From NCBI RefSeq assembly GCF_009914755.1, contig NC_060942.1: a stretch of 64,000 bases of DNA, one strand, 5' to 3'. This stretch comes from the human T2T-CHM13v2.0 reference genome, Homo sapiens. Within the stretch, counting starts at the first letter, position 1. Every line of letters starts with the position of its first letter. A model generated the notes under the pieces. That model had not been told where the DNA came from and did not search any database. It worked only from the letters and a program-made list of their open reading frames with translations. The translations under genes and the position numbers were made by a program. Below, piece after piece: positions 55,341 through 64,000 of the stretch.

Positions 55341-56158
55341 GGCTGCGCGCCTCTGAATACGCCAAGTCCAGCAGAGCTGGAGGCCTGTGAGAGGAGCTGC
55401 AAGCTTGAGCAAAGGGAGAGAGGTGAGCGGATGAAGGGAGATTGGTGAGTATCCGCCCACGCACCTACTTGTAAAAAGATCAAGGGGAAACACGCAGAAG
55501 GTCCCGCGGGAGTCCTGTGACCCACGTGAGGTGCTCGTGCCAGCGCGGGGTGGGAGGTGGTGGGCAATGTTCGTCGTGGAGTTGAGGAAGAAATTCTCCA
55601 GCCTTAAGGAAGCAAAAGAGTTCAAAGATCAGTGAGGCTGCTCAACAGAGGGATATGCAGATGACAGAATGCTTGGAAAACGCTTTTGGGGATCCGGGTC
55701 ATCTATAGAGGAGAGGGTGGAGGTCTTGCAAAAGGACCAGTCGCAAGAGTTGACAGTTGAATGTTGGAATCTTTCTTATGGTTGGATGGCACTTTCTTTA
55801 CATCCAAAATATGCGTTATTCGTGAAGATGACACAGTTCTACAAAGAAAGTGGCAACATTTAAAATTATTTGTAGAAAGTTACTGCATTTCTCAATCACA
55901 GTTTGAAGGCAGAGAAAACTTGGTTTTACCATAAATGCTCTCATTCACCTGCCCTCTTCTGTCCTCTTTGCCCAGAACAGTTTCCCAGGACACTGGGATT
56001 TTGTAACCTGCCAAGGAAGGGGCTACGTTGCTAAACAGGTAGTCCTTTTATGGGACACAGGAAATTAGGAAGGAACTCATAAGGAAGGTGAAAGGGTCCT
56101 AACCTTTTGTCCACGCCTGTATTTGAAATCAAATATCTTGCATAAACAGTGGTCTCCA

Positions 56159-56415
56159 TTTTTTTTCTTTTTTTTCTTTTTTTAATGAATTAAAGGCTGG
56201 AGCGCAGTGACTGGATCACAGCTTGCTGCAGCCCCAACTTCCTGGGCTCAACTGAGCTTCCCACCTCAGCCTCTGGAGTAACTGGGACTACAGGCACAGG
56301 CCATCATGCCTGGCTAATTCTTTTATTTTTTATATTTTTTAGAGAGGGGGTCTAGCCATGTTACCCATGCTGTTCTCAGACTCCTGGCCAAAAGTGATCC
56401 TGTGGCCTCCCGCTG
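56159..56415 (-). mobile_element. Degenerate Alu (AluJ-like)
   Basis: T tail, aggctggagcgcagtg, cctgggctcaa, gggactacaggc. Confidence 0.85.
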
Positions 56416-58225
56416 ATCTTTAATGCCCAGTGCTTTCTCGGGCAATGCGTGGGGCTGAGGCATTAAATTTTGCTGAAACCTCAGTGCTGAGGGAGTGAGT
56501 GTGCACGTTCTGGACCTAGGACAGGACAGAGGCCTGGCTAGCTCAGGTGCTCTGATAATCAACCAAGAGACTGGGCCAACACAGATGCTGAGGCCCGCGC
56601 TGCACTCTCCTACTCTTTCCAGGCTGCAAGTGTAGCATTGTTATTGACAATTCCATTCATTTTTCTTCATACACACCCATACACGCTTTTCACCATCCAC
56701 TACATCCTGTTTACTTGGCAAGCTGCCTTCTCATTTTTGAGTTCCAGAATCCACACTTGCTGAGTAATGCTACCTCCCTAATAGGGACCCATAAGATTTT
56801 TCTTTCTGAGAAAAAACAACATATGGGAAAAGTTCAGTTTCTCCCAGAAAAGGTTGCGCAAACATATGGTCAAATTACAAGATGATGTCGTTATTTTGAA
56901 AGGAAGAGCATATAAACTGATAGCTTTTGTGAGTTGAGTGTGCCATCCTGGAAGATGGTGCTTTGTCGCAGTTCCCCAAGGTTAGCATTGAAATAGTGAC
57001 TACTATAGAAGATGGTGCAGAATTAAAGCCACTTGAACCCAATGAAGGTGTCATTAGTAAGTTGGTTTTATTTCTCAGCTTGCAGCTTCCTAACAATGAA
57101 AGATCATATGGACTTCCAAAACCCTAAAAAGAATTGGCGTAGGGTACAAGCCCTTCTAATTCAAATGCACATAGTATTTGTCTACATACATGTACTTCTC
57201 TATAGGAAAAAATAAAGCTACAGTTCTACCAGGGCTCCTTTGTTAATTAATCTCCAGTACTGGCATCATCTTAAAAGTTGTCTATCAGTAAAAGAGGTGA
57301 TGCTACAAAAAATAACTCAAATGTAATAGTGCTAATGACACATCCATATTACAATAATATTTTCTGATTTTTACATAATTTATTTACATGGTTGTGAAGT
57401 GTAAAGGTTTTTGCATTTAACAATATATGTCATAATACTAGTTTCTCAAAAACAAGTAATTTGCTGGTAAATATAGGAATGTTTTTTGAAAATTCTCTGA
57501 AATAGTCTAACATGAAGCTGGTTTTAAGCAATATTGAAGAAGCTCTCTTCAAAAAATCTATAGGAGTATCCTAACGCAGTAGAAAGTCTCCACGAAATAG
57601 AAGACCTGTCAAAATCTCTGAAATCTTACATTTAAACCAAACAGGATATTTTATGATCACCACTAGGGAAAAATAAAATATAGTTTTGTTAGAAGTACAA
57701 ATATATTGTATTCTTAGGCAGCACAAGAATGTTTGCCTCTTGTGGGAAAGAACTTTCATAGCACTTCCTTTGCCAGTTAGCACTTTCAGATACATGATCC
57801 TTCAATCCATATCAAAACTTCAGAAAAAAAATTTTCATTTTGATTGATATTTACTTCGCAGTGGCTTATAAAAATAATACCAATTATTTTTATAATCACT
57901 CGACTAATTATAAGCTCATCCTCTATAAATCAACATAAACTTCAGGAACATTTACGAAGATACACCCCAAGATTAAAAGTGTAAAGGCTCTGTACAGAAG
58001 CCACCTTTATAGTATAAGTATTGTACCACAAAGTCCACGCACTGCTATTTCAGGGAAAAAACAAGTTTCCACTCCTAGAAGACAGCATATTTGGAAAATA
58101 TAAGCTAAACTAAAGGGTAAATCTACATATTCCATGTCAAAATAACCATTAATAAATACAAACAAAATGTTACTTCAGTGTGCTAAATCAGACATGTGAA
58201 AGTTTCTCATGGGTTAGACATACTT

Positions 58226-58261
58226 TGTGTGTGCGTGTGTGTGTGTGCGTGTGTGTGTGTG
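58226..58261. repeat. Interrupted (TG)n microsatellite
   Basis: Direct reading. Confidence 0.95.
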
Positions 58262-58537
58262 TTGAAGTCTCGCCCTGTTGCTCAGGCTGGAATGAGGTGG
58301 CACGATCTCGGCTCACTACAACCTCTGCTCCCTGGGTTCAAGCCTGCCACAACCTCCAGAGTAGCTGGGATTACAGGTGTGCGCCACCACGCCCGCACAA
58401 TTTTTTTTTATATTTTTAGTAGAAACAGGGTTTTGCCATGTTGGCCATGCTGGTCTCAAACTCCTACCATCAGGTGATCAGCCCGCCTCGGCCTCCCAAA
58501 GTGCTGGGATTACAGGTGTGAGCCACAGCGCCCAGCC
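58262..58537 (-). mobile_element. Alu (AluS) with tail replaced by (TG)n
   Basis: Reverse Alu with small deletion; abuts microsatellite 58226-58261. Confidence 0.92.
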
Positions 58538-59119
58538 TTTTTTCATAATTATATAAGTTAATAGCATCACATAAACTTAATAACTTTGGCTATTTAGCAC
58601 ATACTTTAATCTTATTATGATATATTATTATGTGGATTTGGAAACTAACAAAAGCCATGATTTGCTTGGTGAAAGTAACCCTGGATGTTAAGGTAGGACT
58701 TAACATCCAGGACTTACCTGACTTAAATACATTTTGAGGAGAGTACCAAGCTTTTGTGCATGAAGGGAAATGTTAAATGAAAATCTTCCTTTTTAAAACA
58801 CTAATTACCTGATTTACCTATTCTTTCTTTGAGTGTCCATTCTCTGTTATAATTAATATGTGTAAGGAAATGTCCTACCATGTTTCCATTTACATTTGCA
58901 AGACAAGATATGAAACATAAACTAACTTTGTTTTCAGTTTTAGGTTAGATAAATTTACAAATAATATATTTTCAGAAAGTAGCAATGTATATAGCAGCAG
59001 AATTTTTGCCAAATAGTTATAGTTACAATAATTTTCAAAAATTAAGGCAAAATATATTTTACTTTTTAGTAAATTATTATTTAAATATTCTCTATTATAG
59101 TTTTATAATTGATAGATGA

Positions 59120-59479
<360 letters not shown>

Positions 59480-59481
59480 TA

Positions 59482-59904
<423 letters not shown>

Positions 59905-61199
59905 TTAGCACACAGGATATAGTTGTGATTTGTTAGGTCTTACTTGCCCTGCCTATGTATGTATTTCCGTTGGCAATCCTTGATCTTATCGTATCTTATC
60001 ATTTTTTAAATGAAGAAAATGAGGCCAAAAGAAGTGCAGTGATTTCTATAATGCCACTTTTTTTGGTAACTCCATAACTGATAGAATCCAAGACCTTCTA
60101 CCATACTGGGGAGGGGGGCGAGGTGGGCGGCGGGGGGAAGCTACATAGATGGTTTCACCGGAGTTCAAGGGAAAGCCCTCATTCTTTCTGCATGTTGCCA
60201 GTCACTCACTTCTAGCCAGAGTGTGAGTGCCTCGAGGCCACTGCCAAATGTAATAAGCTTTATGACAGTTGATCCCAAAAAGAAAAGAAAAAAATATATT
60301 AAAAAAGGGCAATTATCGGGGAAAAATAAAGCAAATTCATTGTAGGGAACTGCACAGGGATCAGAAATCCCATGGCATGAAGATGGTAAAAATGAGAGAG
60401 AGCAGAGATTATCAAGTTATTGAAAGTCTTACTGGAATCACACACATTTATAGACACACATGCAGTATAAGGAGAGAATAGATGAGTAGAAAGGGAATAT
60501 AATATCCTAGCTGAATAATAATAACTTGACCTCCTAGAAAAGCGACAGTTCCTTAATACGATGTTAAATCCTTAATGTTAAAACATGATGTGTAGAAGTT
60601 GAGAGCATTGAAGTCAAGAACATTTTGTTTGAATACCAGGTCTATCAGTTACTAGGTATATAATAATTACTTAAACTTTCTTAGCCTATGCGCTCTCCTC
60701 TGTAAGACAGTCCTAATAACACATAGGACTATTTAAGAGTTTAAATGGGAAGACATCAAAAGCACTGAGCACAGTGGTAGCATATATAAATAAATATTTA
60801 TGTTTTGTTAACACGGTCAGTACTGCCCATGATTGTGAACAGCAGCATATGGAAGCTGTTCCATGCAAGCCTAGAGATGGCTAATATCCATATCTATAAG
60901 TGTACCCAGAACTATGCAGGTACCTATACCTACTTCAATATCTATGTCTACACCTATATTTGTATTTATGTCTCTATCTGCATCATCAAGCATATGTCTT
61001 TTATAGTTTAATATAACAATGCTGATAGAGACCTAAGTCAAGAAAGGTTCATATGCCTCAAAGCCAAGCTCAATAACCAATACGAAAAATGTGAAAATCT
61101 CTGTAGGAAACAGAAGAATCGTGTCCTTGGTGGAGGAAACTGGAGAAGGCTAAGGGCTATAAGTGGGGACGTTCTGAGAGATAGTTCTGTAATAATGCC

Positions 61200-63570
61200 A
61201 TCTCAGAGTGATAAGGGTAAAGTAATAACGAAAAAGGAAAAGGAATATTTCAACTTAATGATATTTCATAATATAATTATACAATATCATAAGACTTCAA
61301 AACAAAAACAGGCATAGAGGACTAAATAGAATATTTTGTACAAAAAATACATGACTAGAATCACGATAATAACATTTAATAAAATTGAAGACAGAGAAAA
61401 ATTCTTAAAGATTATGGAAAGAAAAGAAGACGGTAATAACAACAAACAGATTATTTCAGAAAAGAGCAAGAATTAGACTGACAACCATCTTTGGAAAAAT
61501 GACATTGGGCACAAAAGAATCAATGGAACTGTACTGTCAGGATGTTAAAGAAAAACTTTTTGAACCTAATATTTATTTATATGCCTGTAAACTATTGCTT
61601 AAATTTTAAAAGAAAGATATTTTAATATACTCAATTTTAAAAAAATACTTATATTATAGCAAGAAGAATGATGACTTCAGGAGGATATTGCAATCTGGAA
61701 GTAAAGATGAATAAAGTCTTATGAAAATTCATTGTCTAAATAATTGATATATATTGTGAGGGGTAAGATGGGAAGAAAAGGGAGAGATGTGTTGTAAATT
61801 TCTTGTCTTGCTTGGATAAAAAAGGTAGATATTCAATATCACTAGATATTGGAAAAGAGTGTTAGCGTAGCTGTATGTTAGTAAGTTAGGTGACTGATCT
61901 GAGAATAAAACAGAATATTACATGTTCGTGTTGGCTAAGGAAAACTTAACCTGCCCAATGGAATATGCCAGTAAAAATAATAATAATAATAAATGAAGCA
62001 TGAAAGCAAAATAAAATTTTAAAAAATAAAAGTATGCTGGCAGAAAACATGAAAAAATGATACAAATAATCATAAACCTCTATGGGTTAAATGTTTCAGT
62101 GAGAAGAGAAAATATTTCTGATTAGCTATCAACTAAAATAAAATTCATGAACATTTGTGTAAAGTATGTATTTAACACAACATATAGACATATTGAGAAT
62201 ATATGACTTGGAAAAGACATCCACGTCAAATAAGTATACTGGGGTGACAATTATATACTAGGCAAATAGCATCAAAGCAAGACAATTATAAGAAAAAAAT
62301 GTCCTTATACACTGTCAGGAAAAACGTCAAGTTGATATAATTGTCCCAAATACATATGCAGCTAAAGTTTAGCCTCGAATTGTTTTTTAGAGTGAAAAAT
62401 AACAGACATTGTGTTAAATAATAATTGTAGTTGGAAATTTTTAACACAGTCCTCTCAGAAACTGACTAAAACAGGTTTTAAAATTAGCAAATATTAAGAA
62501 CATACGAGTAAAAGTCAGTTTATTTTAGATAAGTAGGGATTTAAATTCAACAAAAATAAACACATTTTAAACTCCTATAATACATTTATTTAAAATAAAT
62601 ATATTTTTGCCAAAAGAAGTGTAAGTTCAAAGAGTTAACATACAGATTATATCCTATGAGATATAATAATATTAGAAACTGATATCCAAAGTAAAGCTTA
62701 ATGTCACAGGTCTGAAAATTCAACAGTGCTTACAACAATAATACAGTTATTTAATACAGGGTTCTTAGATCAAATATGAAATTGTGAAAGTTTGCTATGT
62801 ATAGTTTAATGACAAGTATATAATAACAAATATCTAAATCTTTCATCAACAGATGTCTGAATCTGTGGCCTGTTATAAAGTAAGGTTTAGACGAAAACTT
62901 TCAGTTTTTAATACAACAGCACTAAATACTTGGTATAGAACACATAGTAAACTCAAGAAAAAGGAAAAATACATAAAGAAATTACTAGAACTCAAGCAGA
63001 CCAATAGAATAAGAATATTTATTAAAAGTAAATTCTAGTTAATTGAAAAAAAAAATTAGCCAGATAAACTTGTAGCAAGATGATGAGGAGCAATAAAAAA
63101 ATAGAAGTCCTACCAACAACATAAAGAATGAAATGCTGAGAAAATAGAGATAAAAACAGCGTAGAGAATATGAGCAACTGCATGTAAACAAATGTGAAAA
63201 CCAGGATGAAATGGATAAAGTTATTTTTTAAAAAAAACTGTAAAGTGCAAACATTCCTGAAGAAAAAAAATAATTTATTGATATACCCATAACCGTAAAT
63301 AAATGGAATTGCTGATTCTGCTCACTACCTCTCACTCCACCAAAATAAATACCTAAACGAGTGACTGCAGGCTGATTGAATGGACGAATACACAAATGAA
63401 TGAGTCCCTGGACAAAAATATATTACATCTAAAGTTTATGACATGTTGTACTTCTAAGGATGTGATAATCCCCTTTGCCTACAAGGTGTTCCAGAAAATT
63501 TTGTAAAAAGAGGAAAAACTGTAACACTAATTTCAAGAAGGTGGTGTAGCCTTGGCATCAAAATGAGATG
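61200..63570 (+). mobile_element. Old L1 (L1M) fragments
   Basis: A-rich; aagaattagactgacaa, ataattgtagttggaaatttttaacac, gatgaaatggataa. Confidence 0.7.
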
Positions 63571-64000
63571 CACCGAACTCTGGTGTTGTGTCCAGCATTA
63601 TCCTCCTGGGCATATGTCAAGGTCCATTGACCTGATCTCCAATGGCCTGCAACTGCAGACATTTTCTAAGGGCTTCTTCTAGCTGCTGGAGCCCACTTTA
63701 CTCAGCCTCACAGCAGGGAGAAGTGCCAACAACCTTCAAACAATGACTGCTGGGGTTTTGTCTCCCTCACCCATCACATAGTGCAGGCCTCCAGAGTTCC
63801 CAGCAGGGTGACCGACTAGTTTTGCATAGTACTGATGTGCTTGATAACAAACAGTTACATGGCTGTCTTCCTGTCCTGGTCTCAGTTCCCAATAGTCTCT
63901 GCTAGTATATTCTGGAAGAACCTCCGAAAAAACTATACTTAATTCTTATCCCAGGGTTTTTGTCATTGTTTTTCTTGGGAAAGGCAATTGGTACCCAAAG

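Noticed and set aside
54188-55625. 199-, 263-, 168- and 139-aa minus-strand ORFs
   Set aside because: Overlap GC-rich and GA-repeat sequence; biased composition, no homology recognised

Overview
Primate (almost certainly human) genomic DNA containing the 5' part of NETO1 (neuropilin and tolloid-like 1, a kainate/NMDA receptor auxiliary subunit) on the minus strand. Four spliced coding exons (52722-52749, 50646-50699, 50266-50403, 44282-44530) join in frame to give [21 protein letters not shown]...FSARYNFTP, i.e. the signal peptide and first CUB domain. Positions 1-44281 are the long fourth intron; later exons lie outside the window. Also present: an alternative small first exon (MLAEPFPK), an intronic terminal exon giving a soluble CUB1-only isoform, a ~2.7 kb CpG-island promoter with a probable divergent lncRNA, the MADE1-derived hairpin MIR548AV, 16 Alus, and old L1/L2/MIR/MaLR/hAT relics. 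Best second-look items: the soluble-isoform terminal exon appears to be an exonised L2 whose first 6 nt (AATAAA) contain the stop codon; a possible in-frame 27-nt microexon; a 78-codon overlapping uORF across exons 1-3 plus a uORF cluster; and a near-consensus REST/RE1 site deep in intron 4. I found no evidence of a wholly new gene system, and nearly all ORFs in the supplied track are repeat or GC-content artefacts. Repeat family calls and boundaries are by eye and approximate.
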